In this document: positions 1-13,128 of the stretch, one piece after another
Layout: every line of letters begins with the position of its first letter
How positions within the stretch are numbered: position 1 is the stretch's first letter
Origin: Raillietiella orientalis
Lineage: Eukaryota
Reading direction: 5' to 3'
Assembly: GCA_036172245.1 (NCBI GenBank)
Contig: JAYWIR010000126.1
Coordinates: 1 to 64,000 of the forward strand
Length of the DNA: 64,000 nt
The notes under the pieces: generated by a model
Seen by the model: the letters and a program-made list of their open reading frames with translations, nothing else
Database searches by the model: none
Told to the model about the DNA's origin: nothing
Program-made: the position numbers and the translations under genes

Positions 1-2864
1 GTGCTCCTGGCGGGACACTCCAGAGTGGTCCGCAGTGTGCAGCGGGCGTTGGGGCCGAATCGCAGGCGGTTCCAGTCCAGGGAAGTCTGGAGGTTCAGCT
101 TGGCCCACGTCGCAACGGATTCCAGCAGCCAGGCGGAGAAGTTGGCGGGGCTGCATACCGTCCAGCCCTTGTCTCTCACCAGGGCTTCCATGCGCCCACG
201 GAGAAGGCCGCATCTTCTGACCTTCCTTCTAGAGCACAGAAGGTACGACGCTGGTCCTTGCGTCCTGGACACACGGCTGGCGAGGATTCGGGCCGGAAGG
301 CACCAAGGGGTGCTCCATGACTTTGCTGCGATGGCGAGGGTGCGCCATCGCAGCTGTATGTCCAGGCGCTCCAGCGTCAGGAGGCCGAGACCGCCGTCCC
401 GAGGAGGAGCGCATAAGTCATCTAGAGGCACACGTGGCCTCCCGCTGCCCCAGAGGGCGATGCGGTGTAGGTCCTTGGTCCTCTTTTTAACATCACGGGG
501 AACGGGGCACACAAAAAGCAGGGGGCGGAGGATGGGAGCCGCGAAGGCGTTCCACACGGCGGCCCGTTCCGGCAGAAGGAACTTGCCTTCCAGGAACGGG
601 CCCATTGCCAACTCTACCTTCTGGAGACGAACTGACCAGGCTTCTGCGAGGCAGAAGTCCCCCAACGGGACACCCAGGTACTTCAGGTACCTGGCCGTGG
701 AGATCCCCAAGCGGATCCAGTCAGGCCGTCCGACCCATGTCGCACCCACCGGTACGACCGACGACTTCGCCTTGTTTACCCGCAGTCCAGTCCCACGACT
801 TAGCACGTCGAAGAAATCCTCCACTGCGGCTGCCGGTGCGGACATGGGCAACATGAGCAGAAGATCGTCGGCGTATGCTGCAACGGCAAGCGTGCCGGGG
901 CACGAGCTGGGCAGGGCAGCCAAAGTCACCCTGTACGCTCTCAGCACCAACTCAAAGTAGGTGCTGAAGAGCAGGGGACTGAGGCTATCGGCCTGCCGTA
1001 TGCCTCGCCGCATTGGCACGCCGTACACCTGTTGGCTGGAAAAGACGATGTTCACAATGGCATTGCGCCAGCATGAGCGCAGGTAGGAGAGAAGGGAGGG
1101 TGGGAAGCCCATGCGACCCAGGAGCTTCAACAGTAGCTCCTGGTCTACGCAGTCGAACGCCTTGTGGAGATCGACCGCGATCGCTAGGGCTCCCTTCCCA
1201 GCCCGGGTATCCATTCCCAGCCCAGCTGGCGGTCCCAAAGTGGGGTTGCCAATCTTTTTCCCCTGTGTCGTTCAGGCAGCGCTGCAAATGGAACCATGTG
1301 CACGCGAAGAACAGGTTGGCATCCATACTTCGCCCGGGAACAGCGTACGTCTGCTCCGGGCTAATTATGGAGTCTGCCACCTGTCCTAGACGCGAAGTGC
1401 ACAGTCCAGCGATCAGCTTGGCGTCCGTATTAACGATTGTGATCGGACCACAATTGCACAAGGATCTCAGGTCTCCTCCCTTCGAGAGAAGTCTCACACG
1501 GGCTGACCGAAACGAGGCGGGAACGTCGCCTTCGTCTCGGATCAGCCCGGTCAACTGAAGCACCAGGGGGGCCAGCTCTGTCGCGAAGCATTGAAAAAAT
1601 TCCGCAGGCAGGCCGTTCTCCCCTGGCGCCTTACGCCTCTTGAGCCTTTTAATACCGGCGAGAATTTCACCGGTAGAAAAAGGCTCGTCGAGGCTGATCT
1701 TCTCCTCCTCCCCTATTGCCGGGGCTTATCCGGGAGCAGGAGCCGCGAGGCGTTCCGCTCTGGGGGTGCCCTAGCGTAGAGGGAGGAGTAGTCACGTCGC
1801 ACGAGGTGCCTGATCGCGGGTATGGCGGATCGTTCCCGGCCCTAGTCGTCCAGCAAGCTGGCCCACCCGGATTGCCAGGCTTGGCGTTCGGCTCTGGCTC
1901 GATATTCCGCGAGGCGACGGACATTCGGGGTCCTCTCGTACCGGCGGGCCTGTAGATAAGCGCGATCGTTCCGAGCCCCCTCCTTGAATCTAAGGGGCAG
2001 GCGGTGCAGGGGAAACTCCTCGCAGAACTCGCGGACCGAGGCCTTGAAGAGGTCCCAGTCTTGGAGACTGCGGAGGGTGACGCCTCTCAGGAATTCGCGA
2101 AGGAGTTCTTTCGCACCTGATAGCCGCGTCCAGTCCCCAGGCAGCCGCCACGCCATGAACGGGGGTCCTTTGTCGCGCGGGGAAATTTCGGCGATGATCC
2201 TGGATTGGTCCGACAGCGTCGACGCAACTTTTCCCCGTTTGCCGACCCGTGAGCACAGGTCGACATCCAGGAAGAAGTGGTCGATGCTGCGGTCCATTCC
2301 CTGCGCGTCTGCCAACAAGTTGCGCGTGCGCATGGCAGCGCACAACTCGTTGGCCGTGCGTTCTTGTGCTTCGGGCTCACCTGACAGCAGACGGAGATTA
2401 AAGTCCCCAGCTATCAGGTGTGCCTTCCGCACGTTCGTATCGGCCATCCAGTCGCGCTTCAGGGTTTCCAGCAGCCTAGTACGGTCGCTGTATCCCCCTT
2501 TTCCGCTCGGGGCGTACACGTTCGTTACGATCAATTCGATCGAGTCGCACCAGCTGAGAATCAGCTGACCGACCCGTCCGTCGTCATCAAAGCGTACGCC
2601 CTTCACGCCAGCGTCGATGGCCGGCTTAAAGAAGAACGCGACCCCGCAGGTGTTGCGGGCGCCGCATCGCCAATACAGTCGACCCCCCGCGATCGCCTCG
2701 ATCTCCTGGACGTCTGCCTAGGTGATCACGTGGATCTCCTGCAGCAGGGCCAGGTCGAAGTCACGCAGGGTGTCGGCCGTATCTCGTCTGTTGCCGTCGT
2801 CGCGCAGCCCGTTGACGTTCCAACTGGCCACGCGGATTCGACTACGACAGGCGAGCCCAGGTGT
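1..2864 (-). pseudogene. ORF2 (APE-RT) of copy A, disrupted
   Basis: Fragments 1842-2606 (APE) and 985-1563 (RT N-part); YADD near 865-876; stops and frameshifts. Confidence 0.9.
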
Positions 2865-4615
2865 TATTCCTGGGAAATCTGCTGTACGGCGTCCGCCACC
2901 TGTTGGGGCGGGACGCTAGGTGGAAGAGGAGGGACAGGTGCCTCTAGCACCTGGTCACCCTCTTCCATCGGTGACGGCGCGTCGGGCGGTTCACCCTCAG
3001 GTGGGGTCGCGCCTACCTGCTGGCCCTCCTCCATAGTGGTTGGATCCTCAGGGTCCGCGACGGCAGGATGGATTTCGCCCCTCTGCTCACCCTCCTCCAT
3101 GGGGGTGTCCTGCTCGACGGCTTCCGCGCGTGGGAGCTCCCCCTCTGGGATTCCCACGCTGCCGGCGACTTCCTGCTTCTCCTCCTCGCTCGTGGAGGAA
3201 AGGCGCTTCCTCGGCTTTTGGGACTTGCGTCCCGTCTTCCGGGGGGGTGCCTCCGAGGAGGAGGATGCACTTCCGGCCCCCAGGTCGCAATCACCTGCGG
3301 GGGCCTGCTTCGGCGGAGCCGGCCTTCGCACGGCCTTGCGCGAGGGGTTCTCACGCTCAGCCTGCGTGGCCGCGAGCTCCTCCGCCGCCTTCGCGAAGGC
3401 GGCGTCCTGTCCGGCGGCGAGCGCGTCGCGCGTCTCACCCTCTGTGCAAACAGAGGGTTCGCCGTCGCGACCCTCAGGCGCGGCGGAAACGGCAAGGGGA
3501 GGCTCGTCGCCCCGGGTGGCAGCCTCGGGAACGCTGATGCGCTCCAGTGCTACCGAGCACTCGCGGAGAGTTTCAGATCGCGGACCAGGTCTTTTCGCCT
3601 TCGAGACCGACTTTTTCTCCGCCTTCTCTTGTGAACCCTTTTTAGGTTCTTTTCTGGCCTTTACCAGCGTCCATGTTTCTTCCTCGCCCGCGTCTTTCGC
3701 GGTTTTTTCCGCCGTCGCCTGGGTTGGAGGAGGAGGAGAAGGCTGCTGGGGCCGGCCATTCGCGCGATGAGGTCTTTCGACCTTATTCACCTTTTTCGCC
3801 GGTGCCTTTTTGGCAGCAGGTGGCACCGGGGTGGGGCGTTTAGGGCACACACGACGGACGTGTCCGTTTTCTCCGCACAAGTGGTACTCGATATTCGGGC
3901 ACCGCCTGCGCACATGCCCTACTGCATCGCAGTAGCCACAATAGCGGGGTTTCCCTACGTACCAGAGTTCGACGGGCTGCTTCCCGACCTTCAGTTTGCG
4001 GGGTAACCCAGCACCCTCGTTCACAGTGACACGCGCTGCTGCCTGCCCACCAAAGAGGCTGTTATAGCCGTCAAAAATGGTTGGCTTTGGACACAGCGCG
4101 TGCACATCTCCGTATTTCTTCAATTCCGCGTTCACCGAAGAGCGCGTCATGCGGTTCGTGATCCCCGTTAGATGGACCATTACGGAGCGGTCCATGCTAA
4201 CGGGTAGGATCTTTCGGCCAGCCACATTCAGCGGGGTGTTGATGAGGCGCTGCGCTAGGGCTACGTCTTTGCAGACGACCTCCACGCGTTGCCCCCCGCT
4301 GAGTACGGCGAGGCCGTCAAGATCCTCCTCACGCACTGGGAATTCCTGTAGTGCCTTGCTAAAGGCACGCGCGGTGCGACCGTCGAACAGGTTTCCTACC
4401 TTATAAACCAAGGATGGTTTATATCCGGAGTCCCTGTAGGCCGATTGCTCAGCCAAGGTTTCCGCGCTCGGCGCGGCGACCATGGCGCTCCAGCTCCTCG
4501 TCTTGGGCGACGAGGGCGATTCCCTGGCGGGTGCCCCTGATCCTGTAGGTCGTGGGGGAGGGCTAGTATCCCTCACGCCTACCTCCATCGTGGTGTCCTC
4601 TGGCAGCGATGTCAT
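2864..4615 (-). CDS. ORF1 gag-like protein (583 aa) of copy A
   Basis: Uninterrupted ORF starting MTSLPED; knuckle CGYCDAVGHVRRRC plus a second knuckle with C>Y; basic then acidic low-complexity C-terminus; same length as ORF1 of J1. Confidence 0.9.
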   Translation of the reverse strand: MTSLPEDTTMEVGVRDTSPPPRPTGSGAPARESPSSPKTRSWSAMVAAPSAETLAEQSAYRDSGYKPSLVYKVGNLFDGRTARAFSKALQEFPVREEDLDGLAVLSGGQRVEVVCKDVALAQRLINTPLNVAGRKILPVSMDRSVMVHLTGITNRMTRSSVNAELKKYGDVHALCPKPTIFDGYNSLFGGQAAARVTVNEGAGLPRKLKVGKQPVELWYVGKPRYCGYCDAVGHVRRRCPNIEYHLCGENGHVRRVCPKRPTPVPPAAKKAPAKKVNKVERPHRANGRPQQPSPPPPTQATAEKTAKDAGEEETWTLVKARKEPKKGSQEKAEKKSVSKAKRPGPRSETLRECSVALERISVPEAATRGDEPPLAVSAAPEGRDGEPSVCTEGETRDALAAGQDAAFAKAAEELAATQAERENPSRKAVRRPAPPKQAPAGDCDLGAGSASSSSEAPPRKTGRKSQKPRKRLSSTSEEEKQEVAGSVGIPEGELPRAEAVEQDTPMEEGEQRGEIHPAVADPEDPTTMEEGQQVGATPPEGEPPDAPSPMEEGDQVLEAPVPPLPPSVPPQQVADAVQQISQE

Positions 4616-4708
4616 CGGACACCAACGATGTGAAAAAGCACACACTGAACCAAAAAACCGCTTTCCGCTGCTCGTTCGCGGAGCGCCGGAAAAACACGTC
4701 CGCTCTCG

Positions 4709-6982
4709 AGGAGAGGGATTTGGGGAGGGGCCGCGTAACGAAAGGCGCTATCTTCAGGCCCGACGTTACGCGCGAACCCCCGACATGCGCAGGTTAGCAG
4801 AGTATCGAGCGGGAGCCGAGAGGCAAGCCTGGCAATCCGGGTCGGCTAGCTTGCTGGACGACCAGGGCCGGGAGCACTCGGCTCCTGCTCAGAAGCGCGG
4901 CATTGTGAAGAAATTGTACTCCTCCTTGTACGACAGGGCGCCTTCGGAGCAAGACGTTTCACGACTTCTGCTTCCGGAAGGTCCTCCAGCGATCGGGGAG
5001 GAGGAGAAAAGAAGCCTCGACGAGCCTTTCACGATGGACGAGATCCTCTCGGCCATCGGAAAGCTCAAGAGGCGGAAGGCTACAGGGGAGGACGGCCTGC
5101 CCGCGGAGTTTTAGCAAACTTTCGCGGCTGAGCTTACCCCCCTGGTACAGCAACTCACCTTGCTGATTCCTGAGACAGGTGAGGTTCCCACCTCGTTTCG
5201 TTCAGCAAAGGTGAGCCTCCTCCCGAAGGAAGGATACCTAAGGAGCATGAACAACTGGCGTCCCATCACAACAGTGAATGCGGACGCCAAGTTAATAGCC
5301 AAGATGTGTGCAGAGCGTCTGGGACGGGTTACCAACATCTTCATCAGCCCGGATCAGACTTATGCTGTTCCCGGGCTAAGCATGGAGGCCAACCTGCTCC
5401 ACGCTTCCACATGGTTAGAGCTCCAACAAGGAAGGGGCTTATTGAGCAGCCGGAATTTCGGTGCGTCCGTTGGCGGGAGACGGAACGGTCGGGTGGGGAA
5501 GGAAGCCCTTGCGGTCGCTGTCCACTTGCGTAAAGCATTCGACAGCGTCGACCAAAATCTCCTTTTAAAGCTTCTGGAACGCTTGGGCTTCCCGGCCTCT
5601 TTGTTGGCCTACCTGCGCTCCAGCTGGCGCGACGCGCTCATTAATGTTCTTTTCAGCGGGCAAACCGTGCACGGAATACCGGTGCGACGCGGCATACGGA
5701 AGGGAGACAGCCTCAGCCCCCTGCTCTTTAGCGCCTGTTTCGAATTGGTGCTGAGAGCGTACAGAGAGACTCTGGCGCACCTGCCGTGCGATTGTCCCGG
5801 TACGCCTGCGGTTTCGGCGTACGCGGACGATCTTCTGCTGCTCATGCCTATGTCCACCCCGGCCTCGGCGGTCGAGGACTTCTTCGACTTGCTGAGACGG
5901 GGAACAGGACTGACGGTGAACAGGGCGAAGTCGTCCGTAATGCCAGTCGGAGCGGCGTGGGCAGGGCAGCAGGACTGGGTCCGTTTGGAAATCCCCACAG
6001 TGAGGTACTACAAGTACCTTGGTGTGCCGTTGGGGGACTACTCCCCTGCGAAAGGGTGGTCCCGCTGCCTTCAGAAGGCTCAGGCGGCGAGCGGTTCGTT
6101 GCAGGACGGCAGGTTCTACCTGCAGGAACGGGCCGCGGCGTGGAACGCGTTTGCGGCTAAACTCCTTCGTCCCTTGCTTTTTGTTTGCCCCCCCTGAGTG
6201 GAGTCAAAGAAGAGGACGAAGGTCCTCCTGAGGATCGCCCTTTGGGGCAGAGGGAGGCCCCGAGTCCATCTTTCGGGCTTGTGGGCGCCTCGTCGGGATG
6301 GTGGTCTGGGCCTCCTGACGTTTGAGCGGCTGGAGCTACAGCTCCAGTTCCGAGTTGTTGCCTTTATGGCAGAAAATTGGTGCACCCCTTGGTGCCTCCC
6401 GGCACGTCTACTCGTTGCGCTGGCCACCGGCAATGCGGGACTCTCGTCCTACTTTGCACTCCGAAGCCCCATCTGCCACTGCGGACTTCAACTTCGGAGG
6501 GCGGCCAAGCTCGTAAAGAACAACTCGGCGCGGATCCTCGTACGCCCCACGAACGGTCCTGCCTGGTTGCTGGAAACCGTCCGCACGTGGGCGATGATTC
6601 AGGAGCAGAGCCCGCAACACGAGCGAATAGCTCTGTTCGCGCCGCATGCCCACCGCACGCTCCGAGAAATTATCGAGAATCTTCGAAGGAGAGCGTGGGC
6701 ACAAAGAACCTCCCTTGCTGCGGTACTGCCTACCCTACGGGAACATCTAGGCAGCGACGTCGCGGCACAATGGGAGGTTACTTTCAAGATCGCCAGCAGG
6801 GCAAAGAAGATCGGGGATTGGAGAACGGGTCAGCTCACCAACGCTGCGACCCCGAGGACCACCCCAAATGGACTGTTGCGCCGGGGAGAGCTACTGGATG
6901 TTCAAGAGGAACATCTCGAGTGGCCCCCGGTGCTCATGAACTCGCGCACCCTGCCCATGAAGTGGCAACAGTCGGCACTTCT
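4709..6982 (+). mobile_element. LINE copy B, ORF2 linker-RT segment (host of A and C)
   Basis: Begins at the GFGEG linker; ORF 5160-6197 has RKAFD, GIRKGDSLSP and AYADD; breaks at WQQSAL. Confidence 0.93.
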
Positions 6983-7176
6983 TTTGCACCGGGGTGCGCC
7001 GGGGCATTTATTTCTTTAATAAAAAAAATAAACAAGCAAGTGTAGGGCTATCGCCCCTACAGTGTTCAGAACATGTTCTTCTGAACTCGCCGAGTGGGCA
7101 GTAGGCAGGCTCCCAAGGTCGACTCGGCAGCGGAGGGGGAACGGACAAATAGAAAAAAGAAAAAAGAAAACACTAT

Positions 7177-10100
7177 TTACAAAAGCAGGGAGGGGTTGGG
7201 GAGGGGATCACGTTCCGCTGGAGACGTCCTCTCCATCCTTTGCAGGATGCCGGCAAGTTCAAACTGCATGTGTCCCAGATGGGTCCATCTGGCTGCCGTC
7301 CTCAGGAAGCAAAGGGCGTAGCACAAGATGTCCCTATCGTTCGGTCCACCAGTGGCGGTGCTCCAATCGGCTACAATCCCTCGTAGGCAGCAGAGGGCTG
7401 CAAGGGCTGCGGCAGGCGAAAGGGCGTCGCGCACGAAGAGGCGCTTTAAAACGTCTCTGAGAGCGTGCAAGGGTGCACCAACGGCTGTTGCAAAGCGCAA
7501 CCACAGGGGCCGGAGGGCAACACAGTCAACGAGCAGGTGCGGGAGAGTTTCTCGTTCCCCGCACCTAACACAGTTTGGGTCCACAACCCCCCTTGTCCAA
7601 TGAGAGCGGCGGGCGTTGCTGGGGAGACCCCAGTTTAACAACAGGAACGCCGACTCCTGCCACTTTAGGGGGAGGGCCCGAGTATTCCTCAGCACTGGGG
7701 GCCACTCGAGTTCATCCCGCGGGATGCACAGCATCTCGCCCCAGCGCAACAGTCCTCTCGGTGGGGAACTTGGGATCGCGGCATCAGCAAGCTGACCCGT
7801 GGTCCAACCACCTTGTTCTTTCTCAGTGTCCCTGATCGTACACCGGTCCTCCCACATGGCCGGCTGGCTACTGCCCAGATGTTCCTTGAGGTGGAACAGA
7901 GCTGTGGCAAGGGAGGTCCTCTCAGCCCACGCACTCAAGGCGGGCTGCACGATGATGTCCTGCAGCGAGCGGCTCTTATGATAGGAGTGCAGCATTCGAT
8001 GCCGCAACTCCGGGCTCGCTTCCTCGATCTGGGCCCACGTGCGAAGGCTTTCCTGCAACCAGGAAGTGCCGTTCGCGGGCCGGCAGGAGATCCAGGTGTT
8101 CTTCCTGGTCAGCTTCGCCACTCGCCGAAGAGCCAGTTCGCAGTGGAACAGGTACCGGCGTTTGCGGCGCGCTAGGAAGGTAGACAGTCCCGCGCAGCCT
8201 CCGACTCGCTGAACCAGGCATCGTGCAGGCTCGCAGCAGCTGGCGCTCCACAACTTCGCCACTAGGGCGATTGTTCGGAACTGCAGCTGCAGTTCGAGGC
8301 GCTCCAGCGTGAGGAGGCCAAGGCCCACATCGCGACGAGGGGCGCACAAGTCCTTCCAACGCGCGCGGGGCCTTCCTCTGCGCCAGATGGCCATTCTGAG
8401 GAGGTCCTTTGTACGTGTTCTCACACCACGGGGTGGGGGCAAACAAAAAGCAAGGAGCGAAACAGGGGGGCCACGAAAGTGTTCCACAGCACGGCCCGTT
8501 CCGGCAAGAAGAAGTTGCCATCCAGGAACGGGCCGATCGCTCTCTCGGACTTTTGGAGGCAGCAAGACCATTGTTTCTCTGGAGAGTAGTCCCCGAACGG
8601 CACACCGAGGTACTTAAGGTACCGTACCGTAGGGATCCCCAAGCGAGACCAGTCTAGCTGCCCTGCCCACGAGGAACCGACTGCAACAACGGACGACTTT
8701 GCTCTGTTCACCTCCAGTCCTGTCCCGCGATGCAGCAGCTCGGAAAAGTTTTCGACCGCCGACGCCGGGGTGGACATGGGGAGCAGCAGCAGAAGATCGT
8801 CCGCATACGCCGCCAAGGCCGGTGTACCTGGGCACACGCGCGGCAGGCGACCAATAGTCTCCCTGAATGCCCTCAGCACCAACTCGAAGTAGGTGCTGAA
8901 GAGCAAGGGGCTCTAGCTATCACCCTGCCGTATCCCGCGGCGCACCGGCACACCGAAAACGTTCCTACCCCTGAAAGAAATGTTGGTCAGCGCGTCGCGC
9001 CAGCAAGAGCGCAGAAAGGCCAATAAGGAGGCCGGGAAGCCCAAGCGCTCCAGAAGCTCCAGCAGGAGCTCCTGGTCGACACTGTCGAATGCTTTCCGCA
9101 AATCGACAGCGACCGCGAGGGCCCCTTCTCTCTCCCGACTATCCCGCGAACCACCAGCGGACGTCCTGCAAATCATGCTGCCGACCTTGTTCCCTCCATT
9201 CATTCTGGTTCTTTGAAGTTCGAACCAGGTGTTCGCGAAGAGCAGGTTGGCGTCCATGCTTCGCCCGGGAACAGCGTAGGTCTGCTCCGGGCTGATGAAG
9301 CTTTCCGCCACCCGCCCCATTCGCTTCGACCATAGCTTCGCAACCAGCTTGGCGTCCGCGTTCAGTACGGTAATCGGACGCCAATTGCTGAGGTTCCGTA
9401 AGTCTCCTCCTTTCGGTAGGAGACGCATACGTGCCGAGCGGAAGGAGGCGGGAACGTCTCCTGTCTCCCGGATCAGCAGCGTTAGCCGCTGCACCAGGGG
9501 AGCCAGCTCCGCCTCGAAGCACTGAAAAAACTCCGCGGGCAGGCCGTCTTCCCCTGGTGACTTCCGCCTTTTGAGCTTCCCTATTGCGGTGATGATTTCA
9601 CCCATCGTGAAAGGCTCGTCCAGGCGTACTCTCTCTTCTTCCCCGATCGCCGGGGCACCGTCCGGAAGCAAAAATTGGAAAAATTCCCGGTCTGGAGGCA
9701 CCCTGGTGTACAGGGAAGAATAATAGTCGTGCACTAGGCTACTCACCTCTGCCGGGGCCGAGTGCTCTTGGCCTTCGTCGTCCAGCAGGCTGGGCGACCC
9801 CGATTGCCAGGCCTGCCGCTCGGCCCCGGCTTTAAATTCCGCCAGTCTTCGGACGTCTGGTGTTCGGGAGTAACTACGGGCCTGCAGGTAAGCCCTATCG
9901 TTCCGAACACCTTCTCCAAATCCTTTCGGGAGACGGTCCATGGGGAACTGTTGGCAGAACTCTCGCACCGAGACTTTCAAATCGTCCCAGTCGTCGAGCG
10001 TCTGCAGGCTGAAACCTCGCAAGAACGCGCGGAGGTGTTCCGCTGCGCCTGGCTTGGTCAGCCAGTCCCCCGGTAGACGCCACGCCTGCGCGGGAGGCCC

Positions 10101-10796
10101 CCTGTCGCGCGGGCGAATGACGAGTTCCACGCGGGAGTGGTCGGAGACTGCGGACTGTATCTTACCTCGCCTGCCCACGCGACAGCGCAAGTGATCGTCG
10201 AGGAAGACGTGGTCCACGCTCCGTTCCATCCCGGTATCCCCGGATAACAAGTTGGATGCGTGCACCGCAGCGCACATCTCGTTAACCGGGGTGGCCTCTG
10301 TCCTCGCCGCACCTGACAGCAGGCGAATATTAAAATCGCCGGCTATCAGGTGCGCCGTGCGCGCGCCTGCCTTCGACAGCCAGTCGCGCTTGAACGCACG
10401 GAAAAACGCCGTCCGTGCCACGCGCGCGTGACCGCCGCTCGGCGCGTACACGTTCGTGACGACGAGATTGATGGAGTCGGACCACCTGAAGGTGATTTGC
10501 CCGACCCGACCTGCCTCATCGAAACGAACTTTCCGCACCGCGCGTTGTAAGGCAGGCTTCAGAAGGAAAGCGACCCCGCGCGTACGGCGGTGGCCGCATC
10601 GCCACATAAGCTGACCACCTGCTATCCGTTCGATCTCCCGCGCATGTTCTGCGGAAATCTCATGGATCTCCTGCAGCAGCACGAGGTCGAAGGCTTGCAA
10701 GGTGGCAGCTATGTCTCGTCTCCTGCCGTCATTGCAAAGCCCGTTGACGTTCCAGCTGGCGATGCGTATTTGACGGCAGGTGGCGAGTCCCGGCAT
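7177..10796 (-). pseudogene. ORF2 of copy C (APE-RT-ZnF), one stop plus frameshift
   Basis: 8913-10796 begins MPGLATCRQIRIASWNVNG; 8421-8906 has YADD; 7177-8571 has CVRCGERETLPHLLVDC. Confidence 0.92.
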
Positions 10797-12397
10797 TACT
10801 GCTAAGAAAGTGATGCTGCGTCTCCCGCCTCACCTAGGGGCGGGACGCCGGCTTTCTCCTGTGCGGTGGGGGGCGGCTCGAAGACCCCCTCCGTCTCCAT
10901 CGGCTCCGTCTCGACCGATCGTGGGAGTTCAGGACTCGTGTCCATCTCTCCCACGCTCGCCGCACCCTCGTTTCCGGAGGATTACCCATCCTCGGAGGAG
11001 ACGATCCTCCTCGGGTTACGGATTTTCCTTCCGGTCTTCCTCGGGGGTGCAGATGCGGATGGTGCGTGTCCGGTCTCCGGGTCCGAGTCCGAGGTCCCGG
11101 TCCCCCTCCTCTCGGCCGGACGTCGAACGGCCTTCTTCCCGACCTTTGCGGGAGGCTGCTGACTGGCGGCGAGCTCGGCGGCTGCTATTGCAAAGCCCGC
11201 GTCATCGCGGCTCTCCCCCTCGCCGCAGCCCTCGGACGCTGTTTGCACAGCGACGGGGCTGTCAGCGATGTTGCACACGGCAACGTCCTGTTCGCACGGC
11301 ACTTCGGCGTCTGCAAGGCGCTCCAGTGCGTCCGTGCATTTTTTCAGTCCCTGCTTTTTCGCGGGTTTCGCGGTTTTTGCAGGGACTTTATTTTTATTAT
11401 TTACGTCCTTTTTTTCTTTCTTTTTCTTTGGACTGACCTTTTGCCAGCCAGGCTCTTCTCCTTCCACCTCGGTTGCCTGCGTTTCTGCAGACGGGGTGGT
11501 CGGGATGCCCTTTTTGGCTGGCTCCGGGTCAACCGTATTTTAGGACGGCGGCCTGGTCTTGCCAGGATTCTTGCTCGCGTTCGTGCCGCTCACGGCAGCA
11601 GCCGGCGCGCGCGAAGTCTTTTTGGGGCACACTTCTTCTGTGTGCCCGATTGCCTCGCACTTGCGGCAAGTGATGTTGAGGCAGCGTTTCTTCACGTGCC
11701 CCGTACCATCAGAAAACGCACAGTATTTGGGTTTCCCCAGATACCAGATGTCGACAGAATCTCCGTCGACTACTAGTTTATGGGGAACCCCAATGTCATT
11801 ATTCACAGTCACACGTGCCGCGGCGAGTCCGCTCAGGAGTCCGTCATAAGTACGGAACCTGTTGGGCTTCAGCCACAGCGCGTGTACGGTGCCGAATTTG
11901 CTGAGTTCAGCCCTAACGGCGCTCGGTGACATCCGCACGGTGATTCCACGAAGGTGGACAACTATTGAGTTGTCCACCGGGACAGAGAAGATCTGGCGGC
12001 CCTCGACCCTGACGGGGGTTCGCAGTAGTCTTTGCGCCAACCCTGCTTCTATGCAGGTCAACTCGACATGCTGTCCCCCGCTGCGGATGGAGAGACCCAG
12101 CAGATCCTCCTTGTTAATGTTCAAACGGTGGAGCTCCTTCTCGAAGGAGCGCGCCACACGGTCATCAAACACCCGGCCTAACTTATACAGCAGACTCGGG
12201 TTGTAGTTGTAGGCCTTGTAGGCCTGGGCCTCGGCGATGGCCGCTGCAGATGGCGCGGCGACCACGGCGCTGTAGTCCCTCGCCGGCGCGGGGGACGAAG
12301 CTTACGGGGCAGGTGCCCCTATCTCCATGGGTAGGGGGGACGTTCGCCCGGCCCCCACGCCACATTCACTAGTAACGGGATCAGGCATTTCTGCCAT
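10796..12397 (-). pseudogene. ORF1 of copy C, disrupted
   Basis: Fragments 12302-12397, 11540-12265 (knuckle CRKCEAIGHTEEVC) and 10982-11467; ends in a TAATG overlap with ORF2. Confidence 0.88.
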
Positions 12398-12468
12398 CCC
12401 CCGACCACTGATGCACCGCACTACACCAATAAAGTCGAGCGAGTCAGGAGCGCAGAACACGTCTGACC

Positions 12469-13128
12469 GTCGGCGGTGCTGGTGTTGCATTGGGGGCTTC
12501 CTTGCAACGCCTGCCGACACCACTGGACGCGGGGGGTGTCAACCCTTATTGTGTCAGGTGCGGGGAGAGGGAATACCTCCCCCACCTGTTAGTGGATTGT
12601 GTTGCCCTCCGTCCCTTGTAAGAACGGTTTGCCGCAGCCCTGGGGATCCCCGGAGGCAACCCCAGAGACGCTTTGGGCCCCCTCTTCGTCCGTGACGCCC
12701 TGCCTCCAGCGGCCTCGCTTTCAGCCCTGTGCTGCCTACGCGGGATCGTCGTGGCATGGAGCAAAGAGACGGGAGGATCCAGCGACAGGGATGCCAACGT
12801 GTATGCCGCCCGTTTCCTCAGGATGGCGACGCGATGGCCCCATCTGGAACCACACACGCAGAAACAGCTTGCCGGCATCCTCCAGAGGATGACGGACCCT
12901 CACAGCAGACTTTGATCCCTTCTCGCTCCCTACCTGATTTTTGTTTATTTTTTGTTTTCTTTTTGTTTCGTTCCCCCTTTCCTCTGCTGCCAAGGTGGAC
13001 CGCGCCGGTCTGCGCACCGGTAGCCCGGCAAGCTATATCTTTCCAGGGCGTCGCTGGACTACTGGTCCAGTCACAGATTGTATAGGTTTATTCGTGAGAA
13101 TAAACATCCCGGCGCACCCGGGTTTCAA
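12469..13128 (+). mobile_element. LINE copy B, 3' end
   Basis: HWG..C..CGE finger remnants, stop TGA 12913-12915, T-tract, structured UTR, AATAAA 13099-13104 followed by CCCGG-CGCAC-CCGGG. Confidence 0.9.

Larger units (their letters stand above)
1..4708 (-). mobile_element. LINE copy A (L1/Tx1-like), intact 5' end, runs off the left edge of the window
   Basis: 5' motif GAGAGCGGACGTGTTTTT at about 4707-4690; ORF1 2864-4615; APE motifs WNVNG, VYAP, GDFN, IDH; RT motifs HKAFD, GIRQ, AYADD. Confidence 0.95.
6983..12468 (-). mobile_element. LINE copy C, full length (about 5.5 kb), antisense inside B
   Basis: 5' GGTCAGACGTGTT; 3' AATAAA plus CCCCGG hairpin at 6986-7012; degenerate TSD gtcggcacttct (6971-6982) / gtcggcggtgct (12469-12480); B coding resumes after it. 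Confidence 0.93.

Noticed and set aside
2418..3770. Long antisense or off-frame ORFs (also 1-960, 30878-32101, 46492-47526, 52247-53224, 53264-54487)
   Set aside because: They are shadows of GC-rich LINE coding strands, have no recognisable domains, often cross element junctions and do not keep consistent ends among subfamilies
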